Source: Leucoraja erinacea
Taxonomy: Eukaryota
Reading direction: 5' to 3'
Assembly (NCBI RefSeq): GCF_028641065.1
Contig: NC_073383.1
Location: 65,658,001-65,722,000, forward strand
Length of the DNA stretch: 64,000 nucleotides
Position numbers and translations under genes: made by a program. Shown here one piece after another: positions 1-12,654 of this stretch (its first letter is position 1; each line of letters begins with the position of its first letter). The notes beneath the pieces were generated by a model, which saw only the letters and a list, made by a program, of their open reading frames with translations, ran no database searches and was not told where the DNA came from.

Positions 1-643
1 CTTCTCTCCAGAGATGCTGCTTGTCCCACCAAGTTACTCGAGAAATTTGTGTCCATCTTCAGTTTAAACCAGCATCTGCAGTTCCTTCCTCCACATATAC
101 GCAACCTAAACTACCTGTCCAAATGCCTCTTTAATTTCTGCTTTTTATTTGCATGCATTTCCACATTGCTACCATTGCTGCTGCAACATCTTTTTAGCAT
201 TCACGATCAGTGTGCATTATTAAAGGAAATGCCATTTCCTGAATTGGCATTGCAACCTGCCTAGTTCAGTTAAATAATTTAGAGTTATTGGACAATGTGA
301 CATAATTGCAGCAGCATGTCTCTGCTGGCAGTGTGAAAGAACAATCCTACTAATTCCACTTCCCTGCACCACCCCATGGGGCTCTGCAAATATTTCCTCT
401 TCACTTAATTATTCAATCCCTAACAGGCTGCACATTTCGGATCATACCAGCTTGCATCGTATGAAATTTTATTATTTGATTTCCCTCCGGTTCTTTTGCC
501 GATTGCCTTAAACGTTGCCTTTGCTTTTTGATATTTTTGCTAATATTTCAATTCATTGATGTCAATGTCAGTGATAGGGCATGCAGTGCACCTGAATTGG
601 GAGGGTCAGTAAAAACGTAAACATGTTAGCCAGAACTGAGTAA

Positions 644-1422
644 TGGGCCTGTCCCACTAAGGCGATTTTTCAGGCGACTTCCGGCAACCATAGCAGGTTG
701 CTGAAAAACCGGCGACTGGAACAGTGACTGTCAGAGTGGAACATACACACATCGCTTCCTTCACCAGCCATTCATGCAAGCGGGGGACAGGGCAAGCGGG
801 GTGAGCGCTGTCTGAGTGAAATTCACACGGTGCAAAGCCAATGTGATACAGACACACACCACGATGATCAGGAAGGTTGGTGCTGTAATTAAGATGGTGA
901 AAGCACAGTGTACGGAAATGGTCACATAAGTCCTTTAAAAGAAGGGGGGGAGGGGCGAGGAGGAGTAGAAGGGGGGAGAAGGAGTGGCGACAACTTTTAA
1001 GAAGCCAGAGATACACGCTGGGAAGCTGTGTAACATTACCGGTTGGTTATCCTTGGTCCTGAAAACTACTGTTTACGTTTTTTTCCCAATGAGCCAATGA
1101 AATTAACCGGTGAGCACCAGCAACAATTTACGACAACCTATGACAACCATCGACCTCCTGGCAACCCACTATCACTGCACCTATGGCACGAGAATTCTCG
1201 CTACTCTCCATGGCAGCTTCATTCTGGTCACCGCTAATTTTTCAACATGTTGAAAAATTAGCGGCAACCAGAATGAAGCTGCGACTAGTTCAGAGAATGC
1301 GGGAACTACTCACGACCATGAAGGCGACTCCCCGGAAATTACCCTGCGAACATGTAGCAACCATGTGGCGACTGCATAGCCTCCTGTAGTCACCTAAAAA
1401 ACGCCTAAGTGGGACAAGCCCA
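644..1422. mobile_element. PIF/Harbinger-type MITE
   Basis: TIRs TGGGCCTGTCCCACTAAGGCG...CGCCTAAGTGGGACAAGCCCA, 3-bp TAA target duplication (641-643, 1423-1425), no transposase ORF. Confidence 0.85.
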
Positions 1423-1854
1423 TAAAGACGGCAGATTTCCTTCAGTCATCATGAGAAAAATTGGGTGGGTTTTTACACAACAATCAAGTGGCATTATTAC
1501 TAGCTTTGTTATTATTAGTTTTCTTTGTAATTCCAAATGTATTTAACTAATTACATTATTGAACAGTCAGTGTCTAGTAGTCCTGACTTGCTGCTCATTC
1601 CCAGATGTCTGGATTGATGTCCACCATCTTCAGTTCTCATTTACCGATGTTGTTGCTGCCACGAGGAATTCATATCCTGATTACAATAGGAAACCATTTG
1701 CAGTTTTCTAAAAGGATCTTTATTTTAATTCTCCCTCTTCTTTGAGTCAAAAGTGACTGTGGCTGTCCATGCCAAATTTCAGCAGAGGGATTGTAATTGT
1801 AGGTAATATTATGCCAGGGTGGAATAAAAGTTTTCACTGATCTCTATTCTTATT

Positions 1855-3110
1855 CAACCATGTGAGTGAGGTACCAGAAGACTGGAGGATGGGTTTTAGT
1901 TTTAGTTTAAAAATACGCCATGGAAACAGGCCCTTCAGCCCATCAAGTCCATGCTGACCATTGATCACCCAATCTCACTAGTTCTGTTATCCCACATTTA
2001 CATCCACTCCCTGCACATTTGGGCCAATTTTACAGAGGCCAATTAACCTACAAACCCACATATCATTGGGATGTGGGGAAAAAAACTGGCGTACCCAGAG
2101 AAAACCCATGTGGTCACCCGAGGTCAGGATCGTAACTGAGTCTCTGGCATTGTAAGGCAATGGTTCTGCCAGCTGCGACACTATACCTTTAGTTAAGAAA
2201 GACTGCAAGGACAAGCCAGGGAACTACAGGCCTGACATCAGTTAATGGAAAGGATTCTGAAGGACAGGATTTATTTGTATTTTGAATGACACAGACTGAT
2301 TAAGGATAGTCAGTATAGGCTTTGTTCATGGGAGATCATTACCATAAATTTGGTTGAATTTTTTGATGAGATGACCAAGAGGATTGACAAAGGCGGGGCA
2401 ATGGACATCAGTCTCTGGCAAGGTCTTGTTTGCTTGGCTGGTCTGGGAGGTTAGAATACCTGGGTGTTAATTGGACACAAAATTGGCTTGGTGGAAGGTT
2501 GCTTTTTAGATTGGAGACCTGTAACAAGTGGTGTGCTGCAGGAATTAGTGCTGGGAGCTTTATTGTTCATTATATATATTAATGATTTGAAAGAGAACGT
2601 ACATGACATGGTAAGTTTGCAGTTGACACCAAAATTGGTGGTATAGTGGCCAATGAAGAAGATTGCCTATTACAACAAAATATAGACCATCTGAGATATT
2701 GGAAAAGGAAATGGCTGATAGAATTTAACTCAGGCAAGTATGAGGTGGTGCTTTTTGGAAAGTTGTACTAGGCTAGGACATATACAGGGAATGACAAGGC
2801 CCCCAGAAGTGTTTTTGGCGAGCAAGGCCCTGAGAGACAAGCACATAGATACCAAAAATTGATGACACAAGTAGACAGATTGGTAAAAAAAAACTTATGG
2901 TGTGCTTGCCTTTGTAATTTGAAGCATTGTGTATGCAAGTTGGGATGTTATGTTAAACTTGGCTGCAGAGTGACTTTATAGAGGTTAGTAAAGTTATGAG
3001 GAGTATAGGTAGGGTAGTCTTTATCTCAGGCTACGGGTGTCCAAAACTAGAGAGCGGAGATTTTAGATAAGAGGGAAAATATTAAAAAAAGGGATCTGAG
3101 ATCATTTGAA
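1855..3110 (+). mobile_element. Old CR1 LINE fragment interrupted by a SINE
   Basis: Degenerate VPEDWR, PGNYRP and WRPVTSGVLQELVLG...IYINDL motifs. Confidence 0.7.
1893..2186 (-). mobile_element. HE1-like V-SINE
   Basis: Reverse-strand copy. Partial copies also at ~60465-60590 and ~62355-62480. Confidence 0.8.
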
Positions 3111-3829
3111 ATCGAGATACAAGAGACTGCAGACGCTAGAATCTTGATCGGAGACCTCTTTTGTACACTTGGATATCTTCTAAATGTTAGATTGTAACCT
3201 GTCTGTACTTTTGTAGTTGGAGATTCTATCAAATGTTAGATTATGTAGTAAGCAATTTTTTGAAATGGAAAATTGATTGTTAAGAGCACTTATGGTACAT
3301 TCTGAAAAATTCAATTGGTGTCTTCTGCAGTGTTGCTGTTGATCCACTCTTGGTAATGGATTTGGAAATTCCCACCCAGATTATAATTTATGCTCCCGTT
3401 TGTTTCAATGGGTTTACCAAATATGATTCAACATTGAGGAGTGCTGATCAACTGAGGGATGGTGCTAATCAGCAATCTTCCTTATCCACGTTTGACCGAA
3501 AGCCATAAGACATAAAAGAGTTTGGAATCAGCGTTGGAGACTCCCAAAAACATTTCCTCCAGACCACATATTGTGTTGCCATCTCTGACCAACCAGTATG
3601 TCGGAGAGGGCACATACAGAAGTGTGATGAAAGTGCCTGGGACGTTGGCTGCAAAATATAATTCAGTGAACACAGTTACGTCACACTGTTGTTTGGTTTG
3701 TCTTTGGGGAACCTGTCCAACATTAAGCAGGTGGATTTGGTTCTTCCTTTTTCAGGTTAGCTGGGTTGGGAATGGCTTTGTCATGTCTGTGCCTCGATCC
3801 ATGTTCGGCAGTCTATTAGGTTTTATTCT

Positions 3830-4128
3830 TATTACATTTTCATGCAACACTTTTAATATAATTGATTGGCCTGTTAGACATACAAGCCAGTCCATGTCAA
3901 GAAGTAGATTTCCTTTTCTGAAGGACAATAGTAAAACAGATGAGTTTAATGACAAATCAGTGGTTTTGTAGTCACCAGTTCTGCGAATAATCTTCTTTTT
4001 AAATTCAAGGTTATTTAGTCAATTAAATTTAAATTTAACCGAAGATAAGATGAAGTTTGAGCTATGGATATTTAGCCCAGACCTCTGTATTAATAGTCCA
4101 ATTACTTCAACAGCACCATTCTCTTCCC
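3830..4128 (-). mobile_element. Old tRNA-SINE remnant (possibly Nin-domain type)
   Basis: AGATTTCCTTTTCTGAAGGACAATAGTAAAACAGATGAGTTT resembles the remnant split by the MITE at 644-1422 (GGCAGATTTCCTTC...GGGTTTTTAC). Family name uncertain. Confidence 0.4.
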
Positions 4129-5132
4129 AGTGATTACTTCTTCTCCGAGCTCCTGTCAGGCAGAAGATAAAGAAGCTTGAAAGCAGTTACCGCCAGACTC
4201 AGGAACAGCTTCTTCCACTCTGTTATCAGGTTTCTGAACAGTTCTTCAATGAACTTGGGGGACTAGCTGATACGCCTCTACCTTATTGCAGACACATGAT
4301 TTGTCTTTAGGACTGGTGTACTACAATGCTGAGAATTATATTCCGTACTCAGTATCTTTCTCTTTGCTCTACCGATTAACTTGAGTTAGTTTGATTGTAT
4401 TTATGTACAGTTTTATCTGATTTGAATGGATAGCATCTAAAACAAAGCTTTTCATGGTATCTCAGTACATTGTGGCATTAAAAAAATCTAAACCTAAACC
4501 TAAACCTTTTAGTTATTTTGGTATAGCATTGTATAATTTTCGTGCTAGTCATAGAACAATGGGGTAAATGTTTCATCCAACAAATATTGTAGGATATTTA
4601 TTTCCTAGTCAAAGATTCCTGATGGAGGAACAGAGATGCAGAAGATTACATAGGACAGTTGAAGAGCATGGAGTCTGAAAGAAAATTGTAAAAATAGAGA
4701 TAAATAGGAAAGTTGCGGAATTTTTAGAAAGTTGTAAGGTAGAATGGCCGACTAGTCGAGAGCATTGCCAACAACAGTAAAGATGTACAATGAGTAATCA
4801 CACGTCAGTACAACAAATTATATATATGTTGAAATTTACTAAGATCAGGAATGAGTGGGGTAGGGGATGGTTGGAGAGTTCATTAACTTTGGAATTATTT
4901 GAAGGTAAACAAAAAAAAAAATTGCTTAGGTAGGAAGAGCAGAGACAAGGGTTAAACTTCTACCCCAAGGCCACTTTCTTGAAATAATGCAATATCTCAC
5001 AATTACTTACTATCTAAAAATTTAGCTAAGACCATCTTTAAAATTAAAGGAACTGTTTTTTGAGTTTCATAAAATGGAAAGAGTATTTTTAACTGGATTA
5101 GGGTGGGGACTGGCAGACAATATCCAAAAGTT

Positions 5133-5345
5133 GTGTAGGAAGGAACTGCAGATATGGTTTTCACCAAAGATAGACACAAAAATGCTGGAGTAACTCAACG
5201 GGTCAGGCAGCATCTCTGGAGAAAAGGAATAGGTGTCATTTTGGGTCAAGACCTTTCTTCAGTTTGGTCCGAAACATCATATATTCCTTTACTCCGTAGA
5301 TGTTGCCTGACCTGCTGAGTTACTCCAGCATTTTGTGTCTATTTG
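5133..5345. mobile_element. Short palindromic PLE-derived element
   Basis: Head-to-head terminal-repeat halves. Perfect 15-bp duplication CAATATCCAAAAGTT (5118-5132, 5346-5360). Confidence 0.75.
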
Positions 5346-6689
5346 CAATATCCAAAAGTTATCACATTCAAGCTCAGAACTGTGTAACGAGGCTCCAAAG
5401 TTGAAGGATTAAAAGTGGAATATTTGACGGAAAATTTGTTTGAAAAACATATAAAAAAGTCAAGGTTTGAAGTCAGTGTTCCGAACAAAGCCTGTGGATC
5501 AATATCTGCAGGTTCTTACTGATTTGCATGATATTTCTAAGTTCCTACTTCTAAAGCTTGTACCTTAGCATTCACATGGCATCTGCTTGTCCTTGCATTC
5601 ATTGTTATCAAAACATGAGGGCATGGAGCATTTTTGTTCGCATGGAACATTTTTGTTTGCAACAGGAGTTGCTGCAGCAAAAGGAATTAGTGCACAATAA
5701 TCAAATTCCCAGACTGAAATGCTTCCAGACCTTCTCTGAGTACTGTATGCGTAGTTCCAAGGACACTTGTTTTGTTATTGTTTGGTTAAAATTTTCAGAA
5801 AGCTTTTTGGCAAAGTTCCAGATGAAAGATTTCTGATTAAACTGAAAGCCGTGTGAATCTAGGATGGGGTATGCTGCTGAGTAAGGCTAAGAAAAAGGCA
5901 GTATCTCTTCCCTAATGACTCAGTGAATAGATTGGCTGAGAGGAGACTGACTGGGTCCAGAAAGATCGAAGATTTGATCCCTTATTTCTGCTGAGTCAGA
6001 TAATTGGCAGGAGATCTATATGCATAGCCTTGTAAAAGAGGCAAAGATAGTTTGGCTAGAGTACATTTCCATTTCTCATCCAGCAACACCAACAGGTGCA
6101 GCATATGGGCAGACATTAGGTGAGGGTATAGGTTTGTATAGCCTGCTGCCTCTGTCAAGCCACACACATTAATGGAGACGAGTTGAGCATAAATATGCAG
6201 ACAACATAAAGAGAGCAGGGGATAAAAAAAGGCATCAAAAATGTATGAAGGATTTGTTCCATTTATACAAAAATCAGATTTAAGAGGATAAGATTTAATG
6301 TTGATGATTATGAAATGTAACATGTGGACAAATAGGCACAAAATGGTGAAAATAAAATTACAGTCATTTAGCTGTAGTGTTGCTTAGATTACTGACAAAA
6401 CTGCATTTCGTTGTACTGATACTTTGATTTTAAGATTTAATGTTGATGATCCTATTTGTACTGCACAAAATGGTGAAAATAAAATTACAGTCATTCGCTG
6501 TAGTGTTGCTTAGATTAACAATTTGATTTTAAGGTCCTATTTGTACTGCTTATCTGCTAAACTTAGAGTATAAGTTGTGGTACCTTTGCAAAAGAGAGTT
6601 AAACTTCAATATTTTACCCCACCAAGCAAAGACCATGAAAGTAAATCCAGCTTGAACTGAGGATGGATTTGGGGACAGGAAAAGCTTTA

Positions 6690-7023
6690 AAGCCCTGACC
6701 CACTGTACGAGCTAATTCAAGAGCTCTTCTTCTCCCACGTTTGCCCCGATTCGAACTCGGAGATTTACGGTAATGGCCGCTCGTCGGTACTCGGCGCTCT
6801 CGCGGACATTTTTCAACATGTTGAAAAATCTTCACGAGTCTTCCTGAGCTTACCTGCTGTTAGCGAGTTTTACCGAGCACCTGCCGTCAGCGTTACAAGC
6901 CGCCAAGAGACGTACCTGAGCTCAAACGTGCTTGCTATGTTCATTCTCCGTGCTTACCACGAGTTTGATTTTTTTTAAACTCGGGAGAGCTCTTGAATGA
7001 ACTCGCATCGTGGGACAGGGTCA
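6690..7023. mobile_element. PIF/Harbinger-type MITE (second subfamily)
   Basis: Imperfect TIRs AAGCCCTGACCCAC...GTGGGACAGGGTCA extended by TTCAAGAGCTC / GAGCTCTTGAA. TTA duplication at 6687-6689 and 7024-7026. Confidence 0.75.
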
Positions 7024-7587
7024 TTAATGCACCCAATGGCACTGAAAACTGGTTCACTGATGAATTTCATACTAGTGAACTGAAGCCTGCCAGTTAGCAG
7101 GATGCCAACCAAGAACAGAACGTGAAATGAGGATAAAACTTGGGCAAACGTGGTTGGGAAAGAGAGGAACATATTTTTTGTCTTCCAAATATTTCCAAAG
7201 ATATATCGAAATGTCATCATTTAAGTAGCTCACCTTGATTAGGCATGGTATATACCATGTCGCACACTCACTCCGCACATATAGATGTGAAATTTATTTA
7301 TATTTACGTTACAGTGAATTTTCATTCTTAGAGTTATGTTGGATTTTGTACTGGTTTCAACCTCTTAGTGTATAATGACAGGAGTACAGGAACCTCTGGC
7401 CTGTTCCTATTGAGACTTTGTGTAATTTGCACCCAGTTCCAGGGTATCCCTCAGTAATCAGTCCTGAGCCTTGGGGTGAAAGAAATGTAATTGCATTGGG
7501 GACTGAGTGGTTACTGACACACAAGAGCCTGCATCTCTATTGTGGACCAGGAGGAGCACTTCTATCAACTACAATTTCACATATATA

Positions 7588-8938
7588 TCTATCATTTCAT
7601 ATACTTATTAAAATTCTGATATTGTACATGTGTATATGTGTGTGTGTGTATATGTGTTTTCTTTACTTTGCTAAAACACTACGTGGTAACAATTACATTT
7701 TTGCATATGCTGATTGACATTTTTTCCCTCGAGGCAGAGAGAGCACCTTCACTGAACTTTTAATGCTTGATTTCTTGACTAATTCTCGACTTATTACTGA
7801 TTAAAAGTTTAAAAAAATCAAAAGACTTTGAATTTAAAACGACCAGCTTCAACCGATGACGTCACAATGGCCCGGCTAGCAGTGATCAGCTTCACTGAAG
7901 ATTTCATCCTATATTTGACGTTATTCACGATTAAGGTTTTAAAAATGCCAACTTTCACAAGAGTTTTACATATTCTGATTCACATTTTTCCCCTCTAGGC
8001 AGAGACCACTTCACTGAACATTTTATGCTTGATTTATCGACTTATTACTGATTAAAGTTTAAAACAATCAAAAGACTGAATTTAAAACACCCAGCTTCAA
8101 CTGATGATATCACAATGACTCGGCTAGCAGTGATCAGCTTCACTTACATTCGGGAATGGCTTGAGTTTTAGGACCACGCCTCCTGTGACCCAACGGGTCT
8201 GCACTTGGTCTAGTATATTACTAAAACTTTCATCTTGTTTGTTATGTTGTCTGTCTGTCTGTGTGATCCTGAAATTATGCCAAAACAGTACACAATAGCA
8301 GTACAATTTCTGGCCCACCTTACTCACCATTGTCCTGTGGCATGGGGTATCAAGTTTAGTTCAGATTGATGGTATATTTTACAAGTTATTCACATTTTAA
8401 ACTTTACAAAATCCAGTTCGACAAAAATCTTGCACTGCCAGTTATGCGTATGACATCAGCGTTTGACATCATAATGGGATCCCAAATATCATTTACATAA
8501 AATACTTGCCCTGCCCATTACAATGTTAACAAATGACAAGACTCCCAGTGCAATGAGAGAATTGTTACATTGTTGTAAGGAGAGGGAGGGTGGGGGAGGG
8601 GAAGAGGAAAGGGCGAGAATTATTTAAACATTGTGTTTAGTGGGGGAATGGGATAGGGGGGAGGTAGGGAATGGGGAGCAGGAAGATAGAGGGAGGGAGG
8701 GAGGGAGGGAGAGGGAGGGAGAGAGGGAGTGACTGAGGTTAGGGGAAAGGAGAGGGAGGAAGAGGTGTGGGAGGGGGGGGGAGGAGGATAGGGGAAAGAA
8801 GAGGGAGAGTGAAGAGGAGGGGGAGGGAGTGCTGGGGGATGAGGGAAAATGAGCTGCGCCTGCACAGTTGGGGGCTATGGGTGAGTGGTGGAATATTGCG
8901 TTGGTGGAACGGGACCCAACGGGTCCTACTTGGTCTAG
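7588..8938 (+). mobile_element. Non-autonomous Helitron (outer)
   Basis: A|TC 5' end. 3' hairpin GGACCC-AAC-GGGTCC followed by TACTTGGT-CTAG|T. No TSD or TIR. Internal (GTCT)n and purine-rich tracts. Confidence 0.7.
7592..8213 (+). mobile_element. Non-autonomous Helitron (inner, nested)
   Basis: A|TC start. 3' hairpin GACCC-AAC-GGGTC then TGCACTTGGT-CTAG|T. Internal imperfect direct repeat (~7710-7896 vs ~7975-8144). Confidence 0.7.
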
Positions 8939-8997
8939 TGTATTTTAACACTTAATTATTTAATTGAAGCCAATCATTGGTCTGATTCTTAATAATC

Positions 8998-9412
8998 ACT
9001 GGCCTCCTCCACTGTCAGAGTGAGGTCAAATGCAAATTGGAGGAACAGCACCTCATATTTTGCTTGGGCAGCTTACAACCCATCAGTATGAGTATTGATT
9101 TCTCAAATTTCTAGTAACCCTTGCATTCCCTCTCTCTCTCTGTTCCTCCCCCACCCTAGCCGAACTGCCAGTACCACTGTTTGCATCAATACAGTATATC
9201 CCTTTGTTATCACTTCTTCCACAGCCAACAATGGACCATTGGGAACTCCACCTTTCCTTTATCATCAATGATGGCTGATTTGTCCTGAACCTTTTCATAC
9301 CTCTAGTTTCCCTTTCCCCTGACTCTCAGTCTGAAGAAGGATCTGGACCAAAAATGTCACCTATTCCTTTTCTCCAGAGATGCTGCCTGAATCCTTGATT
9401 TTGTGCCTATCA
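8998..9412 (+). mobile_element. Penelope-like 3' fragment plus terminal repeat
   Basis: Similar to 34290-34410 (KLEEQHLIF), followed by the CTGAAGAAGG...GTCACCTATTCC terminal repeat. Confidence 0.7.
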
Positions 9413-10924
9413 TGCAAGAATTACTCTTGGACCACACGTTGACCTGATATGGGTGAAAACATGACAAGTTCAATGTTTGTTGCAATCAGAGGCCAATAAA
9501 TTTATGAATTAGGTCCTAAATCATGCATTGGGCCCCTTGTTAGGATTTTGATTGGGCCTATCTCTGCCTCTAGGTGTGGCCAAAGTGATCCCTTGTCAGC
9601 TTAACAATGGTAGAGTCATAGAGACATAGAGTGAAAACAGGCCATTCGGCACAACTTGCTCACACCAGCTACACTAGTCCCACCTTCCTGCGTTTGATCC
9701 ATATCCCTCCAAACCTATCCTCCAAACCTGTCCTACCCATCTATGCCCCATATATCATTTCCTGATTGTATCCCATCACAAAATTGCATGTGCCAAATTT
9801 CAACCTGTCCAGTTGGACCCAAGGGAAATATTCCGGGTCAATGTTGCTGCTCTTGCATTGACCATTCAACGTTCATCAACATGAAAAATCCCTTCAAATC
9901 CATTCTGTTCCTTTCAATCTTAGAAATGCTAAGGGTAATGAGTTGCAATAAGTAATTCTTTCATCATCTGCCTTTGAACTTTCAAATGCCCATCAATGAA
10001 TGCCGTGCATTAGGCGAAGGACACTGAATTATTCATCAGATTCATGTTGCAAGTATCTGAGTCTGCAGACTTAGGGAGGAGAGATGAGTATGGATGGATG
10101 GAGGTTGGGAGGGACAAGGTAGGGAAGGAGAGATGGAAATGGCAGCAGCAGGGGTCTGCCCGAGTCTGTCTCTAGTCAGTATGATCATGGCTGATTTTGG
10201 AGATGAACGGATTGACATGCAGAGCCAGGGTGACCAGGTTAGCTGAGCATCACTGTCCTGCTCTTTCCTCGACCTCTTTAACTCCCTTGCAGTTCAAATG
10301 CCTGCTCATTGCTGCCTTGAGTCCAGTACATTCTATCACTCTGTCTCCTCAGCTCCAAAGCACCACAGCCACCTGAGAGAATAAATTCCTTATCATATCC
10401 ATCTTAAAAAGTGACCCCTTATTCAGAAGCTATGCCTCCTAAGTTCTGAACATCTGCAGGAGAGGGAAAATTCTTTCAGCATCTCCATCAGTTTCTCATA
10501 TGTTTCATTGAAATCACCTCTCATCCTTTTAAATTCCAGTGGGCTTAGGCCTGGCAAGTCTTCATGTCTATCCCTTCATCCCATCAACCTGGTGAACCTT
10601 GTCTGCATTGTGACACCTATACATACCCAACCTTCATGCACCATATACCTCTGACTCTATGCGTTCTGTTCGAGAGCCTTGCCTATCTTGTTTCTTCTCT
10701 GATAGGGATTGTTCAAGGTATGTACCTTCTCGAAGTCCATGGACCATCATTATTAATCATTTAGTGTCTTCTACCATGAAGATAAATGGAAACTAATTGG
10801 ATCTCTTCTATTTTTCTATGTTCTATTATTAATTCCTTGTTCCCGACCTCTAAGGAACTGTTTATCTGAAGGTTGTCCTATTGTTCATTATAATATTATT
10901 TGCTAATTTATTGTTTTGCTGGGG

Positions 10925-11385
10925 AATATGGAGGGAGGATGGGTGGAGGGAGGGAGAAATGGGGGGGGGGGGGGGGGGAGGTAGGGATATAAGGAAGGGG
11001 AAGATGGAAGGAGGGGTGGAGGAAAGGGGGAGGGAGGAGTTAGCGGAAGGGAGGAGAGTGGAGGAAAGGGGTGTGGAGAGAGGAAGGGTAATGGAATGAG
11101 GAAGGGTGAAGGAAGGATGAAGGGAAGGAGGAGGGATGGGAGGGTGGAGGAGGGAAGGAGGATGGGGGGAGGAGGGGCAGAGGGTGGAGAAAGGAGGCAG
11201 GATGGAGGAAGGGAGGAGGGTGGAGGAAGGAGGGGTGGAGAAAGGGAGGGAGGAAGAGGGTAGGATGGAGGAAGGGGATAAGGTGGAGAAAAGGGGGAGA
11301 GGAGGGATTGCTGGGTTAAGAATGTGGAAAATGAGATGGGGAGGAAATGGTGTAGGGAAGGATGAGTGAGAGGAGAGGGGAAGTA
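10925..11385 (+). repeat. Polypurine (GGA/GGG-rich) low-complexity tract
   Basis: ~460 bp of mostly G/A on the + strand. Confidence 0.9.
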
Positions 11386-11474
11386 AACTCTCAGAGCAGC
11401 CAAACATTTCCCTTTGCCTTCCTCCTCTGCAGACTTTGCTCTGCAGCCACATGGGATGATTAGCTGCTCCAAAA

Positions 11475-12600
11475 GTGGGTGGTTTTGCAGATAGTGAAGA
11501 TGGTTCTCAAAAATTGCAGCAAAATCTTGATTGGTTGGCCAAGTGGGTTGAATGGTTGATGCAATTTAATACAGAGAAATGTGAGGTGTTGCATTTTGGA
11601 AAGTCTAACATGGGCAGGGCCTACACAGTGAATGGTGGGGCTCTGGGGAGTGTTGTAGAGCAGAGGTATTTAGGAATGCAAGTGCATGGCTCCTTGAAGG
11701 TAGTGTATTGGTCTTCATTGCATATTGGTCTTCATTGCTCAGAGTATTGAGAATAGAAGTTGGGAGGACATGTTGTGGTTATATAAGATGCTAGTGAGCC
11801 CGCATTTAGAGTATTGTGTTCAGTTCTGGGCACCATGCTATAGGAAGGATGTTGTCAAGTTGGAAAGGGGACAGTGAAGATTTCCGAGGATGTTGCCAGG
11901 ACCCGAGGGTCTGAGCTGTAGGGCGAGATTAAGCAGTCTGGGACACTATTCCGTGGAACGCAGGAGGATGAGGAGTGATCTTGTAGAGGTGTATAAAATC
12001 ATGAGAGAAATAAATTGAGTAGACGCATGAGTCTCTTGTCCAGAGTAGGGTAATTGAGAACTAGAGGACATAGGTTTAAGTGAAGGGGGAAAGATTTAAT
12101 AGGAATCTGGATGCTAACTTTTTCACACAAAGGGTGGTGGGTATATGAAACGAGCTGCCAGAGGAGGTAGTTGAGACAGGTACTATTGCAACATTTTGGA
12201 AACAATTGGACAGGTACATGGGTAGGACAGGTTTAGCGGGATATGAACCAAAAGCAGGCAGGTGGGACTAGCGTAGATGGGACATGTTTGCCGGTGATGG
12301 CAAGTTGGGTCGAAGAACCTGTTTCCACGCTGCAAGACTCTTACTCTAATCAGTCTGAAGAAGGGTATTGACAAAACAATACCCATTCCTTCTCTCTAGA
12401 AATGGTGCCTGTCCCGCTGAGTTACTACTGCATTTTGTGTCTATCTTAGGTACATGGATAGGACAGGTTCAAAGGGATATGGGCCAAAAGCAGGCAGGTG
12501 GGACTAGTGTCGATGGGCATGTTGGCCGGTGTGGGCAGGTTGGGCAGAAGGGCCTAGTTCCATGCTGTATATCTCTGTGACTATGTCTCTATGACACAAC
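11475..12600 (+). mobile_element. CR1 LINE 3' fragment with duplicated 3' end
   Basis: LQQNLDWL...MQFNTEKCEVLHFG. The 3' end appears twice (~12212-12335 and ~12448-12590), ending in a (CTATGA)-like tail. Confidence 0.8.
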
Positions 12601-12654
12601 GTATGTCTCTATGGCTCTATGCCTCATTGTTTCTATGACTCTGTCTCTATGACT

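Noticed and set aside
3522-3971. 149-aa ORF and similar 100-170 aa ORFs (15569, 48450, 58104)
   Set aside because: No recognisable domain or exon structure, and several overlap repeat remnants or antisense LINE sequence.
10862-11472. 189-196 aa Pro/Ser/Leu-rich ORFs (also 8620-8955)
   Set aside because: Artefacts of low-complexity purine/pyrimidine tracts.
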